From IMG/VR virus record IMGVR_UViG_3300044591_002613: DNA of 64,000 nt, one strand, 5' to 3'. The notes below the pieces were generated by a model. It saw only the letters and a program-made list of their open reading frames with translations, was not told the origin of the DNA and did not search any database. Below are positions 54,134 to 64,000 of this stretch, piece after piece. Each line of letters begins with the position of its first letter. The stretch's first letter is position 1. This stretch comes from a virus. A program made the translations under genes and the position numbers.

Positions 54134-57010
54134 ATGGTCCAAAAACGTATAGATCCAACTAGTTCGATTGCCCGTAATTTAAAAGAACGGGCAGATCAAA
54201 TTGCTGCGCAAAATCGACAAGGTTCTCAGCTAGTTGAAACTATCAAAACGTTACAAGGCAATGCAAATCTTCCACAACAACTCAAAACTTCAGTTTTAGA
54301 CGCATCTAAAAATAGACCCGCGTTTTCTGGACTCAATGTTCCTAATTCAGTTAATGCCGTAATTGGACAACAAAATAGGCCGACGATTTATAATTCTTCA
54401 TATAATACTTCTGCCAGCCAAGCAATAAATCGATTCCAAACATCGCTATCCGGTTTAAATCAATACTCCCCATCACATCAAGGTGCGGGCGTTATTCAAC
54501 GACCATTAATGCAAACACAAGGTACGTTTGGAAGCGGAGCGTTTGATCGTAGCCAAATTGCAAATGCACCACAATCAGCCTTGTTTATACAAAAACAAGA
54601 TAGATTAGCTACTTCTACTGATAAATTAACTCAAGCCGTTGAAAAGCTTAACACTAGCTTGTCAAGCTCTGCACGCTCACGAGGAGGTGCAGCCGGTGCT
54701 GGGGGAGGAGATGGTGGAGATGGTGGTGGTTTAGGGGACACCCTTGAAAACCTTGGTACAAAACCTCGTAAAGGTCTTCGTGGGGGAATGGCCGGTCTTG
54801 GTTTGCAAACTGCCGGATCTTTAATTAATTCTGGAATTGACGCATATTTAAATTATCAATCGGAAATGGCCACTGCGGCTACCGATACATATTCAAATAT
54901 GGCCCGCTTGAGTGGGTTTCAGCAAAAAAGATTTTTAAGAAATTTTCAAGATTATAGCGCAGAAGCTTTAGTTTTGCGTTCTCCAGGTTTGGCGTCTACT
55001 GCAGCAACATCTAATTTAGTAGGCAGGATTGATAAGCTAGCGACCGAAAATAAACAAGCCATCGACACTGCTGAAACTCAAAGAGAATTAAAAGATATTG
55101 CTAAAACAGTAATATTCGATAAGGGTTTCAACCCAAAAAACTTGTTAGAAGGTTTTACTAGCGGCGGCCCAAAAGGGGCGGCGCTATCCGTTTTAGCTGG
55201 TGGATTAACCTCTGCGGCTGATATTGCGGCTAACGCGCCGGGCAATAATGTTTTAATGCGCCAAAGTATGACAAAAGATCTATTTGGCGGCATGATGGGC
55301 GACTTGTATCTTAAAAACAGAACTGCTTTCGATACTCAAAATCTTACCGAGCAAATCAGTAAGATGGAAAATGCAGTTCTTCAAAACGAAACTGTAAATA
55401 TTAATAATTTAAATAAATATCTTGGTTCTGTTAATCCGCGTATGGGTGCAATAAAATCTGGTCGTTTCTTTGATGTTTTGGAAGAATCTGCAAAAGGCGT
55501 TACGGCCCCAGGGTATGACCAAGAAGGTGCAATGGTTCGCACTGCGGAACAGCTTCGTGCGCCAGAAAAGAAAGAGTTCGCAAACGTTTTAGGCAGAATG
55601 GGTGTAACTGTAGGTACCGAGGCAAGTGAGTCTGTAATGGCGTCTTTGGGTGCTGTTGGTGGTGCCGGTGCTGGTGGAGTTAAAGCTTCCGATGCTGCTT
55701 CTCTTGAGCGCGTCCGTCGTATGGCTGTGAGTGGTCGTGGAAATGAACAGCAACTGTTAGGACAAGCTTCCCTTTTAGGAAGAATTTCTGGTGGTGTTTC
55801 GGTTGAAGGAAACATCAAAAAGCTAGAAGAAGTGCTTGGCCGTGCCGTTGCTATTGGAATGGATAATAGCGAATTAGGTCAAGCGTTTGTGCAAAATGTG
55901 GCAAATGTTGCGGCACAAATGAAAACCGGCGATATTGATATGGTCTCTAAGCTTGTAGCAAATATGCAAAAAGCTGGGGGTGGCCAATTAGTAGACTTTG
56001 AACGTATGCAACGAAGCTACGGCCAAGTTGATGAAGTTAGAAATAAAAATGTTGGCGTTAAAACATACACACGCGAAAATATGGCAGCATTTTTGGACAA
56101 AGTAGATATTAAAGATAAAGACATTGCATTAAACATTCTAACCGAAAAATTTACTACAAAAGATTTTCAAGTTCTTGGCGATTATGCAAAAAAATTCTCT
56201 GAAACTGGAAAAATAGGTAAAAATGCGCCGAAAGCGGTTCGCGACTTACTAGAAACAGTAGGAAGAGAAAAAGCCGGTTTGTTCACTGGCCAAGCTATAG
56301 ATGATTTGCGCGATTCCATGATTTCTGGACTGGTCATGATGACCATGAAAGAGTTTAGAGAAAAATTTGGCTCAGCAAAAAACATGAGCGAAAAGGCGCT
56401 GCAAGAGTTTAAGAAAGAATATCAACGAGTTCAGGGTGGTTCGGGAGTTGATGCCGAAGACGTAGTTAAGGGGACTAGATCAGATCTTAATCTTGGTGGA
56501 AAAGCATCTAATGATGATGCAGTAAAATCTGCCGACAGAAAAAATGCTTCTGAACAAGCTCAGGCAACAGCAAATTCAGCGGCTGCTATAACTGGAGCAG
56601 TTCAAGCAGGAAAAAGTTTTTTCCAAAATATTTCTGAAGGACGATTAACAACAAGTCAGCTACAAGAGTACAAATCGTTAAAGATTTCAGAAGCTGACAC
56701 AAAGTTAATGGAAAAGCACCAAGAGCTTTTTACTAAAAGTGTTGATCCAAATAAATACTTCCAAGATAAAAAAGTTTCGGACGATGAACGGTTTCAGCTT
56801 ACCGGCCTCCTCAGCTCATTAAAAAAGACAGAGGTTTTAGAAACCGAACTACAGAAAACCCCTGCTACAACAGAACAAATGGCCAAAGGCGCTGTGATGT
56901 CTGGAGAACAAGCTGCAGACATTGGTACTAAATTTGCGGACGCATTTTTTACTAGACTGCAAGGTTCCGGCGGAAAAGTTGTTTTAGAAGTTCCTGCTAA
57001 AAGACCATAA
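54134..57010 (+). CDS. Tape measure protein
   Basis: 958 aa, A/G/Q/K-rich and helical with Gly-rich linkers; between chaperones and hub. Confidence 0.75.
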   Translation: MVQKRIDPTSSIARNLKERADQIAAQNRQGSQLVETIKTLQGNANLPQQLKTSVLDASKNRPAFSGLNVPNSVNAVIGQQNRPTIYNSSYNTSASQAINRFQTSLSGLNQYSPSHQGAGVIQRPLMQTQGTFGSGAFDRSQIANAPQSALFIQKQDRLATSTDKLTQAVEKLNTSLSSSARSRGGAAGAGGGDGGDGGGLGDTLENLGTKPRKGLRGGMAGLGLQTAGSLINSGIDAYLNYQSEMATAATDTYSNMARLSGFQQKRFLRNFQDYSAEALVLRSPGLASTAATSNLVGRIDKLATENKQAIDTAETQRELKDIAKTVIFDKGFNPKNLLEGFTSGGPKGAALSVLAGGLTSAADIAANAPGNNVLMRQSMTKDLFGGMMGDLYLKNRTAFDTQNLTEQISKMENAVLQNETVNINNLNKYLGSVNPRMGAIKSGRFFDVLEESAKGVTAPGYDQEGAMVRTAEQLRAPEKKEFANVLGRMGVTVGTEASESVMASLGAVGGAGAGGVKASDAASLERVRRMAVSGRGNEQQLLGQASLLGRISGGVSVEGNIKKLEEVLGRAVAIGMDNSELGQAFVQNVANVAAQMKTGDIDMVSKLVANMQKAGGGQLVDFERMQRSYGQVDEVRNKNVGVKTYTRENMAAFLDKVDIKDKDIALNILTEKFTTKDFQVLGDYAKKFSETGKIGKNAPKAVRDLLETVGREKAGLFTGQAIDDLRDSMISGLVMMTMKEFREKFGSAKNMSEKALQEFKKEYQRVQGGSGVDAEDVVKGTRSDLNLGGKASNDDAVKSADRKNASEQAQATANSAAAITGAVQAGKSFFQNISEGRLTTSQLQEYKSLKISEADTKLMEKHQELFTKSVDPNKYFQDKKVSDDERFQLTGLLSSLKKTEVLETELQKTPATTEQMAKGAVMSGEQAADIGTKFADAFFTRLQGSGGKVVLEVPAKRP

Positions 57011-57019
57011 AGGTGCATT

Positions 57020-58882
57020 ATGACTACGAGCAACGTTTCTCATGACATAGCCCTTATCCATTATGGTTGGAATGATTTTATTCCAGAATTTAATTATTTA
57101 GAAGAAAGAAGACTGGTTCGTGAAGGATTAACTTACGTTTCTTTTACAAGAACAAAAAATATTGGAAACATATTAAATTTAACATTCACCGGTAAATTAC
57201 CAGATTTATATGTTGGTGATTGGTTAGTTTTAAAAACTACAAGCAATGGTCGTTTTTCCGAAGACGAAGATAGTTCAGAATTTTATCTAAAAAAAGGATT
57301 AGTGAGGTTTATTGGCCAAATCTACAACGTTAATTCGCAATATAACGTTGATGCAGACGGTATTTTACGAAAAACTTTTAACATTTCTGTTCGTGAGTGG
57401 TCGCATTGTTTGAATATTCCCGTGAGGTATAGCGACCAAATTCGTCTTTTAAGTCTTAATGAAGAATCTCAAACTCAAGAATTAAAAAAAATTATATCTC
57501 AAGAAACTGCCAAAATACAAAACCCGCAAATTAGAAAGTTTGTCGATAGTGATTGGAAAGAATACCTTTCAACACGCAAACCAGCATTTGAAATTATTAA
57601 AAATATTTTAACTATGATTGGCGTAAGATCTTATGCTCTTTCGGAAAGAAAAGAACAATCTTGGATTTATTTGACAACAAGTCAACTACCATCAATTCCC
57701 GCTCAAATTTATGAAGATCATATTTTTAAATATCAAGAAGAAAAATACGAAGCTGATTTTCCATTTAATACGGGATTCATGGAAACTCTAGTTGGCCCAC
57801 AACAATGGGGAACAAATGCTCAGCTAGGGGCAAATGATTTTTTCTCTTCAAAGGCAATATTTGATATTGTAAATAAAAACGCAAATCGGCCAGTTACGTT
57901 TATTAGTCCAGCTGAGTATTCAAAGGGCGACCCATTCCCAGAACTTGTAAAATCAATTTTGGATTCTGGCGGAGAATACGAAATTTATTCTGACATGTTA
58001 TATATTGCAAATTCTAATAATGGTTCGTCAACCAATTTATGTAAACCAGTTTTCATCGTTAGAGACAAACCTATTTCTTTTAAGGCATTGCAAAATTCTA
58101 ACGATATTAAAGATTACAGAGAAAGCGAAAAAGATTTTGGCTTTACGTATAAAGACGATGTTCCAAGAATCACCATTCCGCTAAACCACGTTTTATCTTT
58201 ATACGTTTCTTATACAAGCCAAGAAACATTTAATTATTTACAATTTAATCCAAAGGCGAAAGCATTTATAGAAACATATGCTCAATCGGTTGCATACCGA
58301 GAAGGTCGGTATAAAGACGTCCAATCTCAAAAAAGGTTTGGTGGGCAGGAGTATTTTGCCTCAATTGGCGAATTTATTTCTGCACCTAAAGAAGAACCTG
58401 CCGAAGCGCCGCCCACATTAAAACGAACTGAAAAGAAAGATAAACAAAATCCAAAAACTAAGGTGGGTTCAGAGCCAGAAGCTAAGAAAAATGGCGCACT
58501 TTCTGTTGATTGGTTTAGAGCATTAACTCAAAAATATAGATATTATATGCCTATTAAACACGCAATGCCCCATGTTAATGTGCAAATCATTGATAAGGAC
58601 TTTCCATTAACTATTGGTTTAATGGTTCGCATCGAGCTGGGAGAAAACAGGCCAACCATTTGTGGAGAAATTCAAGAAATTTCTTATACAACAAATATCA
58701 ATGGCGAAGGTAAAATTTCTAATCAAACTTATGTAAAACTTATAGATTTGTTAATGGAAAATCCAGAAAATCCAAGTGAGCTAATTATTATTCCAAAACA
58801 ATTTTCACAAACATTATTTATTGATACTACTCAATATAATGCAGAAAATTACTCTTTCTTAAACATTAAAAGAGAGAATTAA
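57020..58882 (+). CDS. Baseplate hub protein (gp27-like)
   Basis: Position between tape measure and spike; VGDWLVL...FIGQIY.V and ...IG..V...GEI..ISY patterns. Confidence 0.62.
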   Translation: MTTSNVSHDIALIHYGWNDFIPEFNYLEERRLVREGLTYVSFTRTKNIGNILNLTFTGKLPDLYVGDWLVLKTTSNGRFSEDEDSSEFYLKKGLVRFIGQIYNVNSQYNVDADGILRKTFNISVREWSHCLNIPVRYSDQIRLLSLNEESQTQELKKIISQETAKIQNPQIRKFVDSDWKEYLSTRKPAFEIIKNILTMIGVRSYALSERKEQSWIYLTTSQLPSIPAQIYEDHIFKYQEEKYEADFPFNTGFMETLVGPQQWGTNAQLGANDFFSSKAIFDIVNKNANRPVTFISPAEYSKGDPFPELVKSILDSGGEYEIYSDMLYIANSNNGSSTNLCKPVFIVRDKPISFKALQNSNDIKDYRESEKDFGFTYKDDVPRITIPLNHVLSLYVSYTSQETFNYLQFNPKAKAFIETYAQSVAYREGRYKDVQSQKRFGGQEYFASIGEFISAPKEEPAEAPPTLKRTEKKDKQNPKTKVGSEPEAKKNGALSVDWFRALTQKYRYYMPIKHAMPHVNVQIIDKDFPLTIGLMVRIELGENRPTICGEIQEISYTTNINGEGKISNQTYVKLIDLLMENPENPSELIIIPKQFSQTLFIDTTQYNAENYSFLNIKREN

Positions 58883-58884
58883 TA

Positions 58885-60420
58885 ATGTTGTGTTTAGGTG
58901 AAATAATTGAATCATATCCACCAAATGATCCAAGGAACCTAAATAAAGTTCGTACAGAGTATCTTGTCCGCTCTGTTTCACCAAGCGGCGCTATGACTAC
59001 TTATAACAATTGTATTATTATGCAAAATGTTGGCGGGGTGGACGATTTTTCTGAACTTGTTGTACAAACAACTTCAAATGATGCCCAATCTCCATATTTT
59101 GAAGAATATCCAGTTGGTGCTGGCAGTACAGTAGATACTGATGTTTCTAAACAAATTAAAAGAATTGGCGCAAGATGCGTGCTCAGTTTTATGGGCCCAA
59201 ACGAAACACTTCCTATTATTATTGGTTTTTTGCCATTTGAAATTTACAGCAAAGACGGTGAAGAGCTTCTACAAAATGTAGAAAAAAACGAAGACCAAAT
59301 ATTAAACAGGCCAATTAATCTTGAGCGCATGGGCCCAATGTGGCGTATGCGCATGAATGGTGTTAATTTGCATATTGACGAACTTGGTCAATATCGTATT
59401 CAGCACACTGGTATGCCAAACGTTGCCCTCCAAGATGGATATTATGGATATACTGAATGGGGCGATTCTGCTCTTACTACAAGTTTAGATTTTTTGCAAA
59501 ACGGTGAATTTAGAATTGTTGACGGCCAGCAGCAAGGATTGGTAATTAACCCCGACAAAAAATATATTAGTCTTAATAATACAACCGAAATTCCAAATGC
59601 AGAATATGATCCTCTAGAAGAAGTTTTAATTCATGAACCGCAAGAGGACTCCCTCTCCCCCCTGGGGGAGGAGGTTCGCCTTGACAAAGAAAACAAAGCT
59701 CTTATTTTAAGGTCGTCGGGAACATTTTTAAAACTCATTGGTGATAATGCCAAGGAGATAATTTTTGGAAATGAAGAAAGAACCGTACAGAAGAACAAGA
59801 TCGAGACTATCGTAGAAGACTCGCAGATAAAGATTGGCAAGAACGGTGTTATGAACGTTGCCAAGAACTACTCGGTGAGTGTAGGTGACACGTTCGCTCT
59901 TACTTCTACACAGGGAACCCAAGCGCTGATAATGGATTCTACAAAAGGAAAAGAATCGATCTTCCTAAATCATAAAACTGGCGCACAGTTGGTTATGGAC
60001 AAGGACGGTTCGGTTAAACTGACGGCTAAAGATGGCTCGTTTTTATTCTTCGATGCCACCACGGGTGCTGCAAGCATAGTAACAAAAGCGGGGGATGTGA
60101 TATCCGCTAATGAAGGAATTGTAATTTCTGACTCGGCTGGTACTGAGCTACTCAAAATGAAAGACGGCAAGATTGAAATTAGTGCCAAACAAGACGTCGT
60201 AGTATCTGCTACAAATGTATCTGTTAACGCAGGTAGCGTTTCTTTGGGTGCGGGAGCAGCTCTCAGCGCAGTATTGGCAGAAAAGCTAGTAGCAGCGTTC
60301 AACATGCATCTCCATCCAACGCCAACAGGCCCATCAGGGCCTCCTGTAATGCCACTCTTAGCAAGCGGCTCTCCCGCACCAAATGACATTGCCAGTGGCA
60401 GCGTCAAGTTAAAGGCTTGA
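58885..60420 (+). CDS. Baseplate central spike (gp5/gpV/VgrG-like)
   Basis: OB-fold N-terminus (IGARCVLSF...PIIIG), beta-helix repeats (IGDNAKEIIFGNEERTVQKN; HKTGAQLVMDKDGSV), C-terminal FNMHLHPTPTGPSGPP apex with HxH. Confidence 0.85.
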   Translation: MLCLGEIIESYPPNDPRNLNKVRTEYLVRSVSPSGAMTTYNNCIIMQNVGGVDDFSELVVQTTSNDAQSPYFEEYPVGAGSTVDTDVSKQIKRIGARCVLSFMGPNETLPIIIGFLPFEIYSKDGEELLQNVEKNEDQILNRPINLERMGPMWRMRMNGVNLHIDELGQYRIQHTGMPNVALQDGYYGYTEWGDSALTTSLDFLQNGEFRIVDGQQQGLVINPDKKYISLNNTTEIPNAEYDPLEEVLIHEPQEDSLSPLGEEVRLDKENKALILRSSGTFLKLIGDNAKEIIFGNEERTVQKNKIETIVEDSQIKIGKNGVMNVAKNYSVSVGDTFALTSTQGTQALIMDSTKGKESIFLNHKTGAQLVMDKDGSVKLTAKDGSFLFFDATTGAASIVTKAGDVISANEGIVISDSAGTELLKMKDGKIEISAKQDVVVSATNVSVNAGSVSLGAGAALSAVLAEKLVAAFNMHLHPTPTGPSGPPVMPLLASGSPAPNDIASGSVKLKA

Positions 60421-60424
60421 CGTT

Positions 60425-61021
60425 ATGCCATCTAGTTTAGTCTATACATATAAAGTTTATAAAGACGACAAATTAATCTCGGAAAAGTCTTTTAGCGTCC
60501 CCATCCCAGAATTGCCCGTCCCTAGCTTTGGTATTAGCCTTCCAAGTTTGAGTTTACCAGAGCTGCCAGAACTGCCTAAATTGCCACAAATAGATATACC
60601 AGCTATACCCAAAATGCCGGGTATGCCAAAAATGTCTATGAAAGGGATTGGAATAGACGCAAAGATATCTGCAATTACAATGCCACCAATTCCAGATTTG
60701 CCATCACCAAATTTGCCAATTCCACCTCTAGGGCTATCACTGCCTAGTCTGTCTATACCCGAACTGCCAGAATTACCAAAATTGCCAGAAATACCGACAC
60801 CTAATCTGCCAAAGATGCCCGGTATGCCGAAGATGTCTGCTATTGCAGTTCCACCTCTACCCCCGTTGCCATCATTGGATTTGCCGATTCCGTCTTTTGG
60901 AATATCGTTGCCTAGTTTATCTTTACCGGAATTACCAGAAATGCCAAAATTGCCAAGTATAGACATTCCGTCTTTACCTGGTTATAGATTTACTCAATCT
61001 AAAACTGTTAAGAGCAGTTAA
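60425..61021 (+). CDS. Proline-rich repeat protein
   Basis: 46 of 198 residues are Pro by hand count; three copies of LP.PSFGISLPSLSLPELPE.PKLP.I..P; 4 bp after the spike gene. Confidence 0.75.
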   Translation: MPSSLVYTYKVYKDDKLISEKSFSVPIPELPVPSFGISLPSLSLPELPELPKLPQIDIPAIPKMPGMPKMSMKGIGIDAKISAITMPPIPDLPSPNLPIPPLGLSLPSLSIPELPELPKLPEIPTPNLPKMPGMPKMSAIAVPPLPPLPSLDLPIPSFGISLPSLSLPELPEMPKLPSIDIPSLPGYRFTQSKTVKSS

Positions 61022-61198
61022 TCTAGCGGTGGGACTTTTTAGGTTGGCATCTAATCACATTAGGGTGAGCCGAAATAACTTTTTTAATCATATTTTTTTG
61101 AATCACAACTATACGTTTACATTCAATAATCTGTTCTTTTGATTCCGAGGCTACAGCGACACTCGTCAGTAATAGCCCCGAAATCAAAACAAACAGTT

Positions 61199-62941
61199 TC
61201 ATCTCTCGCCCAATACTTTTGGAATGTTAATCACATGCAACTTCCAACGATCATCGCGCAGCGATTCTTCGAGGCCATTTACACACTCATCTGTAAGGTA
61301 CACGAAATCAACGTTCTTGGATAGGTTGTTCTCTTCGAGCATCTTAGCTAGCAGTTGTGGGGACAATTCCGTACCGCCACCACCCTGCATCTCGATTTGG
61401 GAGAAGTTACTCTTTAAATCGATTTTGTGGTGTTCGGTATCGCAGCAATAAAACGCAGCGAGCTTGTTAGACTTGCTGTAGAACTTTGCCGCAGCAGCAA
61501 TCTGATTGAACCACTGTTTATTCCACATAGAGCCTGATGTGTCGGCAATCATAATAACTTGCTTCTTGGGCTTTTCGATCTTTTGGCGGCCAGGAATATC
61601 TTTAATGTCGTTGAAAATACGGTTGATCTTGGCAAAGTTATAGGTCTTTTCATTGCTTGGTGCAAAGAGTCGAACAAACTTGATATGCAAATGCTCAAGT
61701 AGCTTTTTGATTTTGTTATCAAGTGCGGCAGTAGCATCGCCAAACATGGAATTATCAGCAGCGTTCTTACCGGCTTTATGAGCCATAAGTCGGCCTTCTT
61801 CCTGCGCTTTACGAACAGCTTCGCGCAGGCGACGTTCAGCTTCTTCCTTTTTGTCGCCACTCATACCATGATGATCAAATTCATTATCTTCCATTTGCTT
61901 GAGGATTTCATCAATTTCGTCACCGCTACCACCGCCTTCTCCACCTTCGCCATCTCCTTGCTGTGGATCATTGGCATCGCTGTTTTCGTCAAGCTGTTGA
62001 GCAAGCCATTCGATATACTCGTCAGCGTAGTTCAGCCACTCGCCCTCTCGTCGTAGGGTGGGCTGATAATGTGGCATATTGCGGAAGCTATCTTCGAGTT
62101 TTTCAACAGTACAAAGGCCAATCTGTAGGCGCATACATTCAGCAAGCGCCGCAGCTTGGTTTGAGCTGTGTTTTTTGAGCGCAGTTTCAATTTCTAGTTT
62201 CTTCTTAGGGCCAGCATACTTCAGGACATTTTGAACTTCTTCTTCAAACTTACCTGCGGCAATCTTATCCTTGGCTTGTTCTTCCATCGAAAAGCCGCTC
62301 AGGTATGGAACAAAGCGATCAGCCATAAACTGGTTGATGGTCGTAAGCACTTCTTTTGAATTTGGAAAGGCTTTGACCAAATCCTCGTGCAGAGCGGAGT
62401 CCATGGTGATGTTGGATGCACGATACTTCAGGTTTTTCCACCGATTGTTATCTTTGTTGTCGAGGCTATCAATTTGTTTTTGCCAAATATCTTTGTGTTC
62501 CTGCTCTTTGGCTTCGTCGCGCTTTTTGATATAAACATCACGAATGGGGGACAAGTCAATAAGGTTTTCAATAGCTCGCATGTCAGCGCATTGGATAAGG
62601 TGGCGAAGTTCATGCATGATAATAAAGAATGCAGCGTTTTTGTTCTTTTGGGCCAGCTCCGCCATCAGGGGGTGTATATACATTGTAAGGCGTTCAACGT
62701 TTGTGATGCCCGCAATAGCAGGAAAGTTGGGATCAGTTTTAATTTCAACAGTGCCAAGCAGTGCAAGCGTGAAGTAAAACTCACGACCAGCCGCCCACGC
62801 GCAGAAATCGGCACGCAGGTTCAGGATACGATTGCGATATTCTGCAACTTGTGCATCGGTCAACAAAGGAATTTGTCGTTGAAGTGCATTCTGCAGGAAT
62901 TTAGCTTTCTTGGCTTCGAGGCTTGTATCATGGCTGGCCAT
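61199..62941 (-). CDS. HExxH metallopeptidase-like plus VWA domain protein (DUF2201-like)
   Basis: IMHELRH, NITMD..., acidic Gly linker, MIDAS IADTSGSM, CDT, GGGGT, YLTD; AAGGAG RBS before ATG 62941. Confidence 0.88.
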   Translation of the reverse strand: MASHDTSLEAKKAKFLQNALQRQIPLLTDAQVAEYRNRILNLRADFCAWAAGREFYFTLALLGTVEIKTDPNFPAIAGITNVERLTMYIHPLMAELAQKNKNAAFFIIMHELRHLIQCADMRAIENLIDLSPIRDVYIKKRDEAKEQEHKDIWQKQIDSLDNKDNNRWKNLKYRASNITMDSALHEDLVKAFPNSKEVLTTINQFMADRFVPYLSGFSMEEQAKDKIAAGKFEEEVQNVLKYAGPKKKLEIETALKKHSSNQAAALAECMRLQIGLCTVEKLEDSFRNMPHYQPTLRREGEWLNYADEYIEWLAQQLDENSDANDPQQGDGEGGEGGGSGDEIDEILKQMEDNEFDHHGMSGDKKEEAERRLREAVRKAQEEGRLMAHKAGKNAADNSMFGDATAALDNKIKKLLEHLHIKFVRLFAPSNEKTYNFAKINRIFNDIKDIPGRQKIEKPKKQVIMIADTSGSMWNKQWFNQIAAAAKFYSKSNKLAAFYCCDTEHHKIDLKSNFSQIEMQGGGGTELSPQLLAKMLEENNLSKNVDFVYLTDECVNGLEESLRDDRWKLHVINIPKVLGER

Positions 62942-62970
62942 AGCGTTCTCCTTATTGTTATTATCCCACA

Positions 62971-63660
62971 TTACTTATCGGAGCTGCTGGCATCTAACTT
63001 TAGGGTTTTTGCGTCCTTTACTTTTTCTAAAAACCTCGAAATTTTAGTGACGTAATTAGCGGTTTCAGTGTTTATGTTTGTCATTTGTTCAACACGTTTA
63101 AGGTCTTTGGAGAATTGACCAGCATTGTAAGAGATGAGCGCAAGCGTTTTAGAGCCGTTTACGTTCTTTAAAATCTCCTTAAAAGCACATGCAGAGATTG
63201 TTAGGTTAATTTCTGTTAAGTACAAGTCTTCGTCGCTAAAATCACTGGGCAGGCCACATTTTTCTGCATACCATTTAGCCGACTTAGGCATGATCTGGCC
63301 GATACCGATTGCACCTACAGGTGATTTAGCTTTGGGGTTGAACCTACTTTCATTGGCAAGAATTGCTACCCATGTTTCACGTTCGTCGCGACTTTCAAAA
63401 GAATCCATGCCTATACGAACAATTTGCGAACCAAGATAAGCATTCTTAGCTTCGGAGTGTTTTGGTGCTGCAATAGCCATTGCATTACTAACGAATTTGA
63501 TAAACTCTTTTTGCTTGCTGTTTTGTCTGTCGAGTAGTTCGGTATATTGGTTGGCAGCGCATTCACTGCTTTGTGTGAGTTTGTGCTGAGTAACGGGTTT
63601 TGAGCAGCCAACAAGTGCAATAGAAGCAATAACCGAAGATACATACGAAAAACAATTCAT
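62971..63660 (-). CDS. Lytic transglycosylase (SLT domain) lipoprotein
   Basis: Lipobox ALVG-C; NESRFNPKAKSPVGAIGIGQIMP, ALISYNAG and ETANYV motifs. Confidence 0.9.
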   Translation of the reverse strand: MNCFSYVSSVIASIALVGCSKPVTQHKLTQSSECAANQYTELLDRQNSKQKEFIKFVSNAMAIAAPKHSEAKNAYLGSQIVRIGMDSFESRDERETWVAILANESRFNPKAKSPVGAIGIGQIMPKSAKWYAEKCGLPSDFSDEDLYLTEINLTISACAFKEILKNVNGSKTLALISYNAGQFSKDLKRVEQMTNINTETANYVTKISRFLEKVKDAKTLKLDASSSDK

Positions 63661-63684
63661 TGGAAACACCTCACGTTATAGTAC

Positions 63685-63718
63685 AAAACTCTCCACCCGT
63701 GTAGCACAGGTGGAGAAA
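63685..63718 (-). terminator. Hairpin / putative intrinsic terminator
   Basis: CTCCACC...GGTGGAG inverted repeat (63691-63697 / 63709-63715) with inner GTG/CAC pairing, followed by AGTTTTG on the minus strand just after a stop codon. Confidence 0.6.
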
Positions 63719-63737
63719 GGGGCGCATCAAACCGTCC

Positions 63738-63998
63738 TTACGAACGGTCTTTCGGAGAAAGTTTGCCGAGTTTCAGTGCATAGAGCTGCCATGGAAGGCC
63801 AGTGTCTTTGATTTCCGCATCGTTCTTGCCGGGGCGATTATCTTTATAAGGCTGGCTATCTTTGTCGAGTGGGAACTCTTCTTGGTCATAACGGAACGCA
63901 AACTTGGCTTCTTGCATGGAGCGGGCAAGTTCAGGCGAACCGTATTGGAGCAGGTAATCAGCAACATGGCGTTCAACTTTTTTGAGCGTGCGCTTGCC
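63738..63998 (-). CDS. C-terminal part of a gene extending beyond the window (missing from the ORF track)
   Basis: Open minus frame GKRTLKKVERHVADYLLQYGSPELARSMQEAKFAFRYDQEEF...LSPKDRS*, ending just before the hairpin. Confidence 0.7.
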   Translation of the reverse strand, partial: GKRTLKKVERHVADYLLQYGSPELARSMQEAKFAFRYDQEEFPLDKDSQPYKDNRPGKNDAEIKDTGLPWQLYALKLGKLSPKDRS

Positions 63999-64000
63999 TT

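Noticed and set aside
51345-59670. Shared GC-rich 12-mer CTCCCCCCTGGG (51345, 59655) and the palindrome CTCCCCC-CT-GGGGGAG
   Set aside because: Only two copies, both inside coding sequence and explicable by Gly/Pro codons; no supporting context.
11563-60966. Many short minus-strand or alternative-frame ORFs in the ORF track (e.g. 28682..29149, 48766..49308, 60457..60966)
   Set aside because: They lie wholly within long, well-supported genes and look like antisense shadows of biased codon usage.
10820-61021. Bacterial eCIS/tailocin/T6SS locus rather than a phage
   Set aside because: Flanked by DnaE, DNA-modification, lysis and small hypothetical genes with phage-like packing; no bacterial housekeeping context.
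63773-63976. 67-aa minus-strand ORF from the track
   Set aside because: A different minus frame is open from the window edge to 63738, reads as a more natural protein and ends at the hairpin.
1-64000. Alternative genetic code (stop-codon reassignment)
   Set aside because: Long intact ORFs tile the window under code 11, and TAA, TGA and TAG all end genes at sensible positions.

Overview
This window is part of an AT-rich, large or jumbo myovirus genome (standard genetic code), probably infecting a diderm (Gram-negative) host. All family calls come from motif recognition by eye; no searches were run. Left arm (1-10.7 kb): a DNA-hypermodification cluster (partial amino acid:DNA transferase/aGPT-PPlase2-like gene, P-loop hydroxymethyl-base DNA kinase-like gene, divergent dCMP-type deaminase, amidoligase, LMW phosphatase), a probable internal head protein, a lysis cassette (holin, M15 endolysin, spanin-like protein ending in an outer-membrane beta-signal) and a C-terminally short DnaE polymerase. 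Centre (10.8-61 kb): a co-oriented tail region with gp25-like and giant baseplate-J wedge proteins, about 25 kb of mosaic fibre/adhesin genes, an AAA ATPase, three tail-tube paralogs, chaperones, tape measure, hub and central spike. An antisense thymidylate-synthase homologue with the dCMP-type Asp sits among the tube genes. Right end (minus strand): HExxH-VWA protein, lipoprotein lytic transglycosylase and a partial gene. The two best candidates for an undescribed system are (1) a branched receptor-binding apparatus of six T4 gp9/gp10-like docking domains and eight T4 gp12-like collar/HxH needle proteins, six of them in two tandem triplets (possible heterotrimeric fibres diversified by recombination), and (2) a base-modification pathway pairing hmdU-type kinase/transferase genes with a dCMP-specific TS homologue and a divergent deaminase. 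No tRNA, CRISPR array, integrase, reverse transcriptase, capsid or sheath gene was recognised.
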